From positions 128,001 to 192,000 of the forward strand of contig CAZALK010000005.1 in NCBI GenBank assembly GCA_964486045.1: a stretch of DNA of 64,000 nt, given 5' to 3'. Numbering within the stretch: the first letter of the stretch is position 1; the number at the start of each line of letters is the position of its first letter. Below the pieces are notes generated by a model that was not told where the DNA came from, did no database searches, and saw only the letters and a program-made list of their open reading frames with translations. Source of the DNA: an uncultured archaeon (GTDB lineage: Archaea; Asgardarchaeota; Lokiarchaeia; Sigyniarchaeales; SOKP01). Positions 9,324 through 19,154 of the stretch are shown piece after piece. The position numbers and the translations under genes were made by a program.

Positions 9324-9575
9324 CTAATCTATAATAATCGCTCTTAATTTGCATGCTGTAGTACACATATGACATTTTACACAGCGATCTTCACGATCCT
9401 CTACAACAGTACACTTAGGAATAGAATCTTTATTAACAACTTCATATATTCCCCTGAAACAAGCCTCCTCGCAATAAAAATCCCTGCAAGTAACGCACTT
9501 ACTTACATCAATGTGATGAAATTTGTAACTCTCGATAACACTCTGATCTTCTGCTTTACTCATATAAGTAATCAT
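9324..9575 (-). CDS. 2x[4Fe-4S] ferredoxin
   Basis: CVTCRDFYCEEAC and CVKCHMCTTAC. Confidence 0.85.
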   Translation of the reverse strand: MITYMSKAEDQSVIESYKFHHIDVSKCVTCRDFYCEEACFRGIYEVVNKDSIPKCTVVEDREDRCVKCHMCTTACKLRAIIID

Positions 9576-9856
9576 AGAAAAATAGACATTTATCTATTTA
9601 GGTTTTAGAGTATAAGGCTTTTTCTACTAGATAATATAAAACAGAAAAAGAGGAATAAATTGATTTTTATATTTTAAATCAAAAATTATGGGAATGCTTT
9701 CCCCTATTAGATTTTGTTATTTTTTGAATATTTCGATTTGTTTTTCAATTGATCCATAATTTTAAATTTTTTTATTCACTTTTCAGTTCACCTTATTTTT
9801 ACTGCATAACATGAATTAAGATATTTTAGGTGAAATAGATTTTAGAATTTCGAGCA

Positions 9857-10075
9857 TTGAGAGTAATGGGTTATTTAAATAGGTTTATTTACCTAATATT
9901 TTATATATCAGCTATAATCCTTTTATATGATGAGCATTCACTGGAGTATTTAGGGAAAGAATTCTATAATCCTATTTTGGGGATAGGGTTTGTTGTTCTG
10001 GGGATTACTATTTTCTTCCTTTCCTTTGTTAAGGATATCTATCAATACCTTAAAGATAGAAACCCCAACTGGTAG
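9857..10075 (+). CDS. Small two-TM membrane protein, hypothetical
   Basis: Two hydrophobic helices. Fills an intergenic gap. Confidence 0.5.
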   Translation: MRVMGYLNRFIYLIFYISAIILLYDEHSLEYLGKEFYNPILGIGFVVLGITIFFLSFVKDIYQYLKDRNPNW

Positions 10076-10181
10076 TAATTATGCTTTCCAAAGCCTAATT
10101 TTCACACATATTGCTTTAATTGGATTTTTAGATACCTGTCGGAAATATAAAGAAATTTTTCTTTAGATTTAAAGAAGAATT

Positions 10182-10691
10182 TCATTCATGACTATGGTCT
10201 TCATTGCATACTGGGCAACTTTTGGTGTGCTCGATATTAAAATTTAACGGTAGTACTAAATCATCTGCCACATCAATAATGAGGGACATTTGGACTTTTG
10301 CAACAGCCGGGTTTCTTCTAAAATGATGATTTACTATCCGTTCAAGAATACTGAGATTTAACCCAACAATAATAATGCTAATATTCGCATCTCCACTTAA
10401 ATTGAAAGCGTTTAACATGCACGGACACTTATTAACCATTTCAAATGATTCTTGGGGATTATTAGTTTGGATATCAACCCTTGCAAAGCATAAATCCCGA
10501 TTCTTAAGTGTAATGCCTGCTTGATATTTCAAAACTCCTAAATTCTCAAGTTTTTTAATTCGCATCCCTATAGTTGGCTGACTACGATTCACGTGCTCAG
10601 CGATTTGAGCGTGGGTAAGATTTGGCGACGTCTGGACTAAATCCATTATCTGACAGTCAATTTCATCAATTCCTAGACTTTCACTTAACAT
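10182..10691 (-). CDS. Lrp/AsnC family regulator (paralogue 2) with C-terminal CPVC and His tail
   Basis: SQPTIGMRIKKLE HTH, CPCM, C-terminal SCPVCNEDHSHE. Confidence 0.9.
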   Translation of the reverse strand: MLSESLGIDEIDCQIMDLVQTSPNLTHAQIAEHVNRSQPTIGMRIKKLENLGVLKYQAGITLKNRDLCFARVDIQTNNPQESFEMVNKCPCMLNAFNLSGDANISIIIVGLNLSILERIVNHHFRRNPAVAKVQMSLIIDVADDLVLPLNFNIEHTKSCPVCNEDHSHE

Positions 10692-10912
10692 ATTTTATCA
10701 CTTCTCTACTGAAATTTTGTAAAAAGCTATAAAAAAGATATAAAATTATCTTTTAGATCCTTACTTTGAAAGAAAATATAATAAAAAATAAAAATTTTTG
10801 GCAAATATCACTTGTTTTTTTGAAATATTCTTACATCCATACAAATTAGTAATGATTGGATTGGAATCGATCATGAAGTAAAATCTCCATTGTTTGATTA
10901 TTACCATGTAAT

Positions 10913-12172
10913 TTACTTTCTATAATCTGTAAGGGGAAGATTGTCTATATCATAAGGAAGAAGGGCATTATCTGGGATAGGATCAATGTAAAGGTTGCGA
11001 AATTTTGGATTTTGCATTCTACAGAAAGTAGCTCGATGATTATAAGCAGGATGACGTACTATTTTTCTCCAAATTTCTCTTAAAGTTTGATTTCGGATAT
11101 TCCCGAAGGATAAAGGGGTAAAATCACAGGGTGCCACATCACCATAGGCAGAAACATAATACTGGATATTTCCTGCCAAACACCCAATTCCACCGAGATA
11201 TCCTTCTATGGAATTTTGCCATGATTGAGAAGAGAGAGGGGGAATTTTACTTTGATTAAAAATTTTAGAAGAAAATTCGCGAATTTCATCACGCTGCTCC
11301 ATGGTAAGCATTTCACTTGTGTCCTTTAACATATTTCCTGTTGGTACACCATCAAAAAGAATTACATTATGGACACCTAACCCCTCAGCAAATTTATATA
11401 ATTTTCTATACATACCCTTTTCTGTACTTGTATGAGTGGCATAGGAAGAAAGACCAACAAATACTCCTTTTGATTTCATCTTCTTAATCCCAGCAACAGC
11501 GGTTTCGAAAAGGCCGGGAGTTTGTCTTAGCTGGTCGTGTTCTTCAGAAATGGGACTGTCAATGCTAACAAAAAGCGAATATAACCCAGCCTTTGCTAAT
11601 TTATCCACATTCTCATCTGTAAGGTACTGCCCATTTGTAAACATGATTGGAACAACCTTTTTTTTATCGACATATGATATAAGATCAAAAATATCTTCAC
11701 GCAGTAAAGGTTCCCCTCCTGTGAACGCAAGTATTGAAACACCAAGGTTTTGACTGTCATCAATAAGTTTTTTAGCTTCCGCAGTGGTAAGTTCTTTCTT
11801 GTCCTTCCTAAAATGCCTTCCCGCACTACAATGGACACAATTACATTGACATCTATAGGTAACGGCAAATGTCATCGCAACTGGAAAAGGATAACGAAAA
11901 ATTCGACCTTTAATTGCAGCTTTCATCAAACGATACATTGGACGACTCCCAACTGGTGGCGCAAATGTGTTTGAAACTCTTTTACCATTCCATTTACCTA
12001 AATTCTTATAACTTCTATAGAATTTTGCCTGAATCATTAGCATGGTGAAGAATCCTAATTTATCAATAATCGGATTCAAAACACCAGTACCTATTATTTC
12101 TCCAGTTCCAAGCTTTTTAAAACTAATAAGTTTTCTACCAAATAGTTTTAAATAAATCTTTTCTCGCTCCAT
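10913..12172 (-). CDS. Radical SAM protein with SPASM/twitch domain
   Basis: CQCNCVHC, FTGGEPLL, GCLAG...GDVAPCDF, FGNIR. Confidence 0.9.
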   Translation of the reverse strand: MEREKIYLKLFGRKLISFKKLGTGEIIGTGVLNPIIDKLGFFTMLMIQAKFYRSYKNLGKWNGKRVSNTFAPPVGSRPMYRLMKAAIKGRIFRYPFPVAMTFAVTYRCQCNCVHCSAGRHFRKDKKELTTAEAKKLIDDSQNLGVSILAFTGGEPLLREDIFDLISYVDKKKVVPIMFTNGQYLTDENVDKLAKAGLYSLFVSIDSPISEEHDQLRQTPGLFETAVAGIKKMKSKGVFVGLSSYATHTSTEKGMYRKLYKFAEGLGVHNVILFDGVPTGNMLKDTSEMLTMEQRDEIREFSSKIFNQSKIPPLSSQSWQNSIEGYLGGIGCLAGNIQYYVSAYGDVAPCDFTPLSFGNIRNQTLREIWRKIVRHPAYNHRATFCRMQNPKFRNLYIDPIPDNALLPYDIDNLPLTDYRK

Positions 12173-12495
12173 GAAAAATTAAACCTTAATAGTTAGTGTG
12201 TTATTTAAAATTTTGAAAAAATAGTCGATGATATCGTAATATTTTGCTCATTTAATATTAAAATCTTTTTATTCAAAAATATAAAGCTAATCATTTAACG
12301 ATTTTATAATTAGCTCTTTTCATTCCAACAACCATTTTTTGGATTCGTCAAACTCTTACATCTTAGAAATTGTACAAAGACAACTTCTTTATCAGACGAC
12401 TGAAGACTAATTTTTTATAAATTTGTCCTAATATTTTATAAGTTGTATTAATTATACATAATTATAGGAGAAAAAATACCTTTTATTAAAATAAA

Positions 12496-13050
12496 ATGAT
12501 TTCTACTAAATTAAAACTCGATGATATTGATAGGCAAATAATTTCACTTGTTCAAGAGAATCCAGCTCTAACACATACGGAAATAGCGTCAAGAATAAAT
12601 AGGTCTCAACCTACTGTCGGAATGCGGATAAAAAAGCTGGAAAAAAGTGGAATTTTACAGTTTCAACCCGGAATCAATTTTAAGAAGGTTGACTTACATT
12701 TAGCGACTGTTGAATTAAAGACCAAGAATCCCGACCGGATTATGGATATGGCAAAACACTGTCCATTCATGTTAAATGCGTTTAAATTAAGCGGGGACCA
12801 TAATATCTGTATTTTACTTGCGAGTTCTAAGCTTCAGAAATTAGATATTGTTGTAAATTACCATTTCCGGAACAATTCCGAGGTACAGAATACCTCAATG
12901 GAACTCGTTATTGATATTGCTAAGGATTTCATTTTGCCTATTGATTTTGACTCAGAAGACCACGATCCTACAATTGAGGAAGGCTGCGGTAAAATGTGTA
13001 AATTCAAAATCGCTCAAGAAAAAGGATTAGTACAAGCTTCAGGAGACTAA
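12496..13050 (+). CDS. Lrp/AsnC family regulator (paralogue 3) with C-terminal CGKMC
   Basis: SQPTVGMRIKKLE HTH, HCPFM, CGKMC. Confidence 0.9.
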   Translation: MISTKLKLDDIDRQIISLVQENPALTHTEIASRINRSQPTVGMRIKKLEKSGILQFQPGINFKKVDLHLATVELKTKNPDRIMDMAKHCPFMLNAFKLSGDHNICILLASSKLQKLDIVVNYHFRNNSEVQNTSMELVIDIAKDFILPIDFDSEDHDPTIEEGCGKMCKFKIAQEKGLVQASGD

Positions 13051-13131
13051 TCTTTTTTTAATACCTCTCATTTTTATTTTTTTTGAAGTTAAGGCAATTA
13101 TTTTATTTTTTCAAAAAAAGATACTACTTAT

Positions 13132-13692
13132 TTATAATTCTTTTTCTTGATTGAATTTAAATTTTGGCAAGTCGCCTTTCATTTGGCAATTTGGACCGCA
13201 ATGTCTTCCGTCAAAATCTTCAATCTGAAAATCTATTGGTACAACAAAATCATGGATGCTTTCTATTAAGATATTTGTTTTAACGTTGATCACATTTTTA
13301 TCTCTTCGAAAGCATAAATCAACGAGTTTTTCAATTGTTTGTAAATCTGAGGCCGAGATAAAGCAAAGAACATTAAATTCCCCTGAGATTTTGAATGCGT
13401 GGTTAATAAATGGACAGTTTTCAATTTTTTTAACAATTTCTTCAACATCTTTTGTAGACACATACACTATAGCTACTTTTATATCAACCTGTTTAACATT
13501 GAAACCAACCATTTTTGTCAGTAAATGTTTTCTCTCCAGCTTGATAATCCGGGCGCCCACAGCAGGCTGAGATTTCTCTATTTCTTTGGCTATATCGGAG
13601 TGGGTGATGTCTGGATCGGCCTCGATCATCTCGATGATTTTTTTATCAGCTTCATCTATTTTTAACAATTCGTTAAAACTTTTTTTCTTCAT
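13132..13692 (-). CDS. Lrp/AsnC family regulator (paralogue 4) with C-terminal CGPNC
   Basis: SQPAVGARIIKLE HTH, NCPFI, HCGPNC. Confidence 0.9.
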   Translation of the reverse strand: MKKKSFNELLKIDEADKKIIEMIEADPDITHSDIAKEIEKSQPAVGARIIKLERKHLLTKMVGFNVKQVDIKVAIVYVSTKDVEEIVKKIENCPFINHAFKISGEFNVLCFISASDLQTIEKLVDLCFRRDKNVINVKTNILIESIHDFVVPIDFQIEDFDGRHCGPNCQMKGDLPKFKFNQEKEL

Positions 13693-13909
13693 GTCTATGG
13701 TTTGGTAACAAATTTATAATTAAAAATTTGAGCACTATTAATTGAAATCTTAATAAATATGTTAATTTAGTGTAATAAGATGAATCATAAATTTGATTCT
13801 TTTTTATAAGTATTATAATTATAAATATTAAAAAGCTTTAGTAGATTTTGATTACGACTCATGGAAAAAAAGGTTGTTGGTTGAAACTCATCTAAGAGTG
13901 AAGATAGTC

Positions 13910-14872
13910 TTATAGGATATTTGTAAAAATATTGATAATTATAATCACTATAATGAACCCTACTAGCCCTATTATAAATTTTGTTGGATCTCCCTTTTCC
14001 TTTTCTGGGATAACTTCACGAACAATTACATATAGAATTACACCAGATATAAAAGAATAGAAGATAAACAGGAGTTCCAGGCTAATAGGGATGAAGGAAT
14101 TCATTAGTATTCCTACAAATATACCCACAAAAGCGGCGGTTGATTGTATGTATTTAATTACTGGTCGATGTTCGTGTTCTGCTTCTTCATAAATTTCCAA
14201 ATCTGTAAAAATTATGTGACGTTCAGATCTTCTTGAGACTAGCGCTCTAAAAAAAGCATAAATGAAGAAAAGTATTCCTGTTATTATAGTTTCTAGAGAT
14301 AGTAATCCAATAATGATTATTCCAACCAGAAAATGGTAAATGTAATCTGTAATTAACCTAAATTCATGTAAATCTTTATTAATATGGTTCTGAATTTTTG
14401 CTTTATATATATTTATTTCAGTTTTCATTTCTTCTTCTTGATCAATCAATGCTGTTAAAGATTGAGCTATATCCTTTAGGGCATCTTCATCTAATTTATC
14501 GTTCCTTATTTCTCTAGTAAGGATTCTTTCCATATTATGTTCAACAGTTTCTAGTGTCTCTTCTTTCGTAAGTAATTTTCGCATTTTTTTTTGAGTTCCA
14601 GATTCAACTTTTTGTAAAATTAATTTCTCAGTAATATGTATAAAAACAAAACCAACCAGCACGAATAAATATTCAAATAATTCCAAATCAAAAGGAGATT
14701 CTGGTAATCTCACACTAATTTCTGGGAGCACAATAAGGAAAAAGTAAACTATAGATATCCCAGCGATGTAAGAGCCATGTATTCGGATGAGTTTATGTTC
14801 AAAATAATCCGTGAGGAAGAATAAAGTCCCAAAAAATATTGCGAGAAGTATAACAACAAAATCGACAGACAT
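13910..14872 (-). CDS. ZIP-fold-like membrane protein with a long helical cytoplasmic insertion
   Basis: SYIAGISIVYFFLIVLPE and FISGVILYVIVREVIPE resemble ZIP TM2 and TM7. About 85-aa charged helical insert. Confidence 0.6.
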   Translation of the reverse strand: MSVDFVVILLAIFFGTLFFLTDYFEHKLIRIHGSYIAGISIVYFFLIVLPEISVRLPESPFDLELFEYLFVLVGFVFIHITEKLILQKVESGTQKKMRKLLTKEETLETVEHNMERILTREIRNDKLDEDALKDIAQSLTALIDQEEEMKTEINIYKAKIQNHINKDLHEFRLITDYIYHFLVGIIIIGLLSLETIITGILFFIYAFFRALVSRRSERHIIFTDLEIYEEAEHEHRPVIKYIQSTAAFVGIFVGILMNSFIPISLELLFIFYSFISGVILYVIVREVIPEKEKGDPTKFIIGLVGFIIVIIIINIFTNIL

Positions 14873-14984
14873 AACTTGTATTAATTTTTAGGTTTTTAAA
14901 GGTTTTACAACAATTTCAAAATAAAGGTATAAATTCTATGCTAATTTTGATAAATACATTGAAAAGTAGTAATTAGGTTGGTGA

Positions 14985-15893
14985 ATGAGTATTCAATTCT
15001 TAATTATCACATCAAAAGAAGATAAAGCTTCAATAAATATCAGGAATAATTTGTTAAATTCAAAATATTATAATTTTGAAGAATTTGATTCTTTATGGCA
15101 TGATCATCCTGTTTTTAAATTAACCGAATTAGCCGCTAACGATGAGGAACAATCCAATCTAGAAAAGACTGATGTATATCTTGGCTTGACCAAGGAACCT
15201 CTAATCTTTCTAAACGATTTAAGATTAGAAGAATCGATGATAAGTCCTGACTTCCTAATTTTTGCCAGCCGACATACTTCAAAAACTGCTCAACCTGCCT
15301 TTTTAGTGCATACAACCGGAAATTGGGTTCAAAATACTGATTTTGGGGGTGATCCCCATTCATTATCTTTAACAAGTGCCTTGTTACATAAGGCAGGATT
15401 TATTTCATTTATTGAAAAAGAGTTACCACCTACAATCTCCGATTTCACGTTTGATATAGAAGTTACACATCATGGACCCACTACATTAGAAATTCCGTTG
15501 ATATTCATGGAATTAGGAAGTAGTAAGGCAGAATGGGGTATTGATGATGCAGGTGAATCAGTAGCAACTGTAATTATTGAAACAATTTATAAGTATTTAA
15601 AATTCAAAAAAGAAAGGGACCTGAAGATATGTTTAGGCTTCGGTGGAACACATTATGGGCCAAACTTTCGTAGACTAATAGAGAATACAGATCTAGCTAT
15701 GTCTTTCATCTGTCCTAAGTATTATGTTCAAGATTTAGATCGCGAAATGATATTAAAAATGATTCAAAATACTTTCGAAAAAGTTGATTATTTTCTCATA
15801 GATTGGAAGGGGACAAATTCTGCAGATAAAAAGCATCTTATTCCCTTATTAGAAGAGTTTGACATCCAAATTAAAAAAACCAAGGACTTTTAA
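14985..15893 (+). CDS. dtdA: D-aminoacyl-tRNA deacylase (archaeal DTD2 type)
   Basis: ASRH, VHTTGN, EVTHHGPT, ELGS and GFGGTHY motifs. Confidence 0.92.
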   Translation: MSIQFLIITSKEDKASINIRNNLLNSKYYNFEEFDSLWHDHPVFKLTELAANDEEQSNLEKTDVYLGLTKEPLIFLNDLRLEESMISPDFLIFASRHTSKTAQPAFLVHTTGNWVQNTDFGGDPHSLSLTSALLHKAGFISFIEKELPPTISDFTFDIEVTHHGPTTLEIPLIFMELGSSKAEWGIDDAGESVATVIIETIYKYLKFKKERDLKICLGFGGTHYGPNFRRLIENTDLAMSFICPKYYVQDLDREMILKMIQNTFEKVDYFLIDWKGTNSADKKHLIPLLEEFDIQIKKTKDF

Positions 15894-15924
15894 AACATCT
15901 TCTTGTGAAAAGATGAATAACAAG

Positions 15925-16794
15925 TTAATTTGCTTCTTCTTTAATCTTTTCATAAAATTTTACTAAATTCTTAAAAACGTAGTGTGTAGGTGTGTATCCT
16001 TGAGTTGCGGATTTAGATAAGACCTTCATAAGAAAATCTTGATGTGTACAATTTTCATCAGGTGTAACATTCAGTTCCCGAATATTATAAAAACTACGCC
16101 AGAATCCGGTTGGAAAGTCTACTAGTGGCTGTAACACTTGGTTATATTGTTTTCTTCCTTGTTGACTTAAAACTAATTCTTTTTTTAGCTCATAGAAATT
16201 ATCTTTACCCTTTTTCTTAATAGTGATTATGCCTTCTGATTTAACTTCCTTCATGATAGTATTTAAGTCAGCAGGCTTAAGACCAGTGATATTCAATTTT
16301 TTCATACTATCGAGAATCTCGGTATCTGTTTGGCCCTTGAGTTTGATTAATGTATAATTTCTAGCCATGATATTGTATTTCATTGGAACTGACGTATGAT
16401 CCATTTTATTATATTGAATTAAATTCCCAAGAATTTGTTTAGCTGTAAGATATTTTAAAACAAGCTGATCATCTTCTGAAAAATCATTTTTAAATAATTC
16501 AGAGTTGAAATAGTTATCATATAGAGTCTGTAACAGTGACTTTATTAAGTGAAATCCGTCTACAACAGCATTTTCAACAATTCTTAGAACCTCAATTCTA
16601 TAATCAATATCATTAAGGAATTTTGTCTTATCAAGAGGGATTTGGCGTATGATGTGGGGTTTGTCATTCAATGGTTTTAAGTATTCATCCCATTTTTTCT
16701 TAAAACGGTAAGATTGTGTTTTTGCTATATTTGAGAGTTTATGAACAACATCTAAAAGTTTTGTTAAAAACTCTTGCTCTGTTACCTTCGTCAA
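15925..16794 (-). CDS. Hypothetical helical protein, possible winged-helix segment
   Basis: 289-aa ORF with normal coding composition. No family recognised. Confidence 0.7.
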   Translation of the reverse strand: MTKVTEQEFLTKLLDVVHKLSNIAKTQSYRFKKKWDEYLKPLNDKPHIIRQIPLDKTKFLNDIDYRIEVLRIVENAVVDGFHLIKSLLQTLYDNYFNSELFKNDFSEDDQLVLKYLTAKQILGNLIQYNKMDHTSVPMKYNIMARNYTLIKLKGQTDTEILDSMKKLNITGLKPADLNTIMKEVKSEGIITIKKKGKDNFYELKKELVLSQQGRKQYNQVLQPLVDFPTGFWRSFYNIRELNVTPDENCTHQDFLMKVLSKSATQGYTPTHYVFKNLVKFYEKIKEEAN

Positions 16795-16974
16795 TTTTTT
16801 TGCTTACCTGACCTGACTGTGCTCAACAGCCTTATTAATTAAATTTTTTCTAACCTAATAATAATATTAAAATCTATAGATTTTTAAATTTTTAAATTAA
16901 ATTGTGAAAACAGAAATAATAATTTCTTTTAATTATTAATTACAATCAAAAATGAAAAAAATAACTATTTACAG

Positions 16975-17373
16975 GTGTTCCTTAAGATTAAACTCGATCA
17001 TGTAGCGGTTGGTTCTAATTCTGAACAAGAAGCTGATAAATTCTTTACTGAATTATTAGGTTTAAAAAAGACTAGATCTTTTACAGTTTCAGCTGACTTA
17101 ATGGAAAGTTTTTTTGGTGTAAAAAACGAGCAGCTAACTATAAGATATGGAGAGGGTAGCTTAAGTTTCGAAGTATTCATTACTAATAATGCCGAGAATG
17201 CCAGAGATACTTTTACCCATCCCTGTTTGTCTATAGAAAACAGAAACGAGTTTCTAAGTAGAGCTACGTCTTTGGGATTTCCCATTATAAAAGTTCCAAG
17301 GAAGGATAGCGACAATTATTATCTTTTTATTAAAGATTTATTTGACAATTTATATGAAATAAAAGAGATCTAA
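16975..17373 (+). CDS. VOC/glyoxalase family protein
   Basis: LDHVAV, FFTELLGL, THPCL, FIKDLFDNLYEI. Confidence 0.85.
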   Translation: MFLKIKLDHVAVGSNSEQEADKFFTELLGLKKTRSFTVSADLMESFFGVKNEQLTIRYGEGSLSFEVFITNNAENARDTFTHPCLSIENRNEFLSRATSLGFPIIKVPRKDSDNYYLFIKDLFDNLYEIKEI

Positions 17374-17386
17374 AAAGTAAGGGCAC

Positions 17387-17815
17387 CTAATCTAAATTAT
17401 TTAAGATGCCAGAACTTTTTATAATATCTTTATGATCGAACGCTAATTTCAATGGGGAAAATTTTGTTAATGGGATAATTTCTAACGCAGCTGCATCATC
17501 TAAAGCTATTGGTTTCTCGTTTTCTGTCAGAGGTTCCCCGAGGAAGGCAATAGAAATATTATGACCTCTTGGGTCACGTTTTGAGTCAGAGAAGACTCCA
17601 ATCAATTTAATTATCTTTATTTTTATATTTGTCTCTTCTCTTGCTTCTCGAATGCACGCATGTTCCACAGTTTCACCAACTTCAACAAAACCATCAGGTA
17701 AAGCTAGTTCCCCTTGAAAAGGTGGGTGTTTTCTCCGTATTAAGACAATATCTTGTTTATTATTCCATAAAATTACCGCATCTACAGCCACGAGTGGAGT
17801 TACTGGTTTTGGCAT
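17387..17815 (-). CDS. NUDIX hydrolase (ADP-ribose pyrophosphatase-like)
   Basis: Nudix box GFVEVGETVEHACIREAREET, RDPRGH, LAFDH. Confidence 0.9.
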   Translation of the reverse strand: MPKPVTPLVAVDAVILWNNKQDIVLIRRKHPPFQGELALPDGFVEVGETVEHACIREAREETNIKIKIIKLIGVFSDSKRDPRGHNISIAFLGEPLTENEKPIALDDAAALEIIPLTKFSPLKLAFDHKDIIKSSGILNNLD

Positions 17816-17817
17816 AG

Positions 17818-18669
17818 TTACTCATCCCACACCGCAGATTGAAGCAAATGTTCTATCCTCGACTTCCTTGGTCTCATAAACTCGGTATTATTCCCTTTCC
17901 TTTCCAATAACAAACTCTTTTCAAGAGTACTTGAATTAACTGTAAAAACTTCTAAATCACCCCCGTCAAGAAAAATTTGATTAAAACTGGGTGAATCATC
18001 CGCACGGACTTTTTTTGAGGTTGATGTACCACAGTAAAGAAAAGTCGTACTAAAGTTATTTTTACAAGACATTACATAAGAATGGCTCACGTGACGGTGA
18101 CCTGCTAATACCAAATCTATTTCGAATAATTGGGTGAATTCTAAAATTTCTCCTGCATCTCGAACAGTAGTGAATTTTTGTCCTGACATTGGAGTAGGAA
18201 TTAAATGATGATGCAATGCTATGACTCTATTTTCCAAATTTTTATTATACTGACGCCCTAACCAGTCTAATTGTTCATCCCCGATCCTTCCTTCTGCCAT
18301 ATCATCTATGGCTGAGCAGATACCTACAATCATGGTATCTTTATCCTCTATTACCAATCTTGACCTTCGAGGTCCTATTAGTTTTTCGAAAAATACAAGT
18401 CCACTATTTTTAGCATCATGGTTACCTGGAACTGCAATGAACTTGGTGATTTCTTTCATTCGTTGAAGATAAGGGAGAACTTTTTCAAATTGAACAACCC
18501 TCCCCTTATGAATAATATCACCTGTACACACAACTACATCTGGATGAGTATCTTTTATAAATTTAATAACATTCTCCATTAGTTCGGGAACGAATTCACT
18601 TCCATAATGCAAATCAGAAATTTGAATGATTTCAACCATTTTTTCGACTCTCTTTAATATTTTGTTCAC
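17818..18669 (-). CDS. Calcineurin-like metallophosphoesterase
   Basis: SDLH, TGD, PGNHD, LHHH and GHRH motifs. The start is probably the ATG near 18639. Confidence 0.9.
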   Translation of the reverse strand: MNKILKRVEKMVEIIQISDLHYGSEFVPELMENVIKFIKDTHPDVVVCTGDIIHKGRVVQFEKVLPYLQRMKEITKFIAVPGNHDAKNSGLVFFEKLIGPRRSRLVIEDKDTMIVGICSAIDDMAEGRIGDEQLDWLGRQYNKNLENRVIALHHHLIPTPMSGQKFTTVRDAGEILEFTQLFEIDLVLAGHRHVSHSYVMSCKNNFSTTFLYCGTSTSKKVRADDSPSFNQIFLDGGDLEVFTVNSSTLEKSLLLERKGNNTEFMRPRKSRIEHLLQSAVWDE

Positions 18670-18808
18670 ATCTTAAGTACGAATTTCGATCATTCTCCTA
18701 AACAAATAATTAGTGCTAAATTTAAAATGTTTTAATGAGAATAATAACTTAAAAAAAATAGGATATAATATAATTTTTGTTCAGAATAATTTTTAAAGAA
18801 AAATCAAT

Positions 18809-18991
18809 CTAACTAAAATTCTCTACATTGAGAGATTGATATAAATTGCTGAGTTTTGAATGTGATTTACGCTTTTTTCCTAATGAATATAGAATATTTT
18901 GATTATTACAATCAAAACAAATCCCATTAACATTTATATAGCGTACTTCCCCGAATTTTGGGCACCAAAACTCTTTATATATAGGTTTCAT
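18809..18991 (-). CDS. Small Cys-containing hypothetical protein
   Basis: 60-aa ORF with WCPKF and ICFDC, in an otherwise empty gap. Confidence 0.4.
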   Translation of the reverse strand: MKPIYKEFWCPKFGEVRYINVNGICFDCNNQNILYSLGKKRKSHSKLSNLYQSLNVENFS

Positions 18992-19154
18992 ATTTATTTA
19001 CTCAAATATCTGTCATTTATTCTCATTCTTCTATATTTAATAGAAACAATATATAGTTTTAAACACTCTCTCCATATAATATAATGAATTATATATTCTA
19101 TATAGAAAAAGAAGTAAAATAATTATTGAATAAATGGAAAATCAAGAATGGGGA

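Noticed and set aside
8747-13692. Lrp-like genes plus radical SAM/SPASM as an Ahb/Nir siroheme-to-heme pathway (AhbAB plus AhbC/D)
   Set aside because: The Lrp-like proteins lack the FPL..RP(F/Y) motif and the HxYxR-type motif of AhbA/B/NirDL. They have ordinary Lrp HTHs and are not co-oriented with the radical SAM gene.
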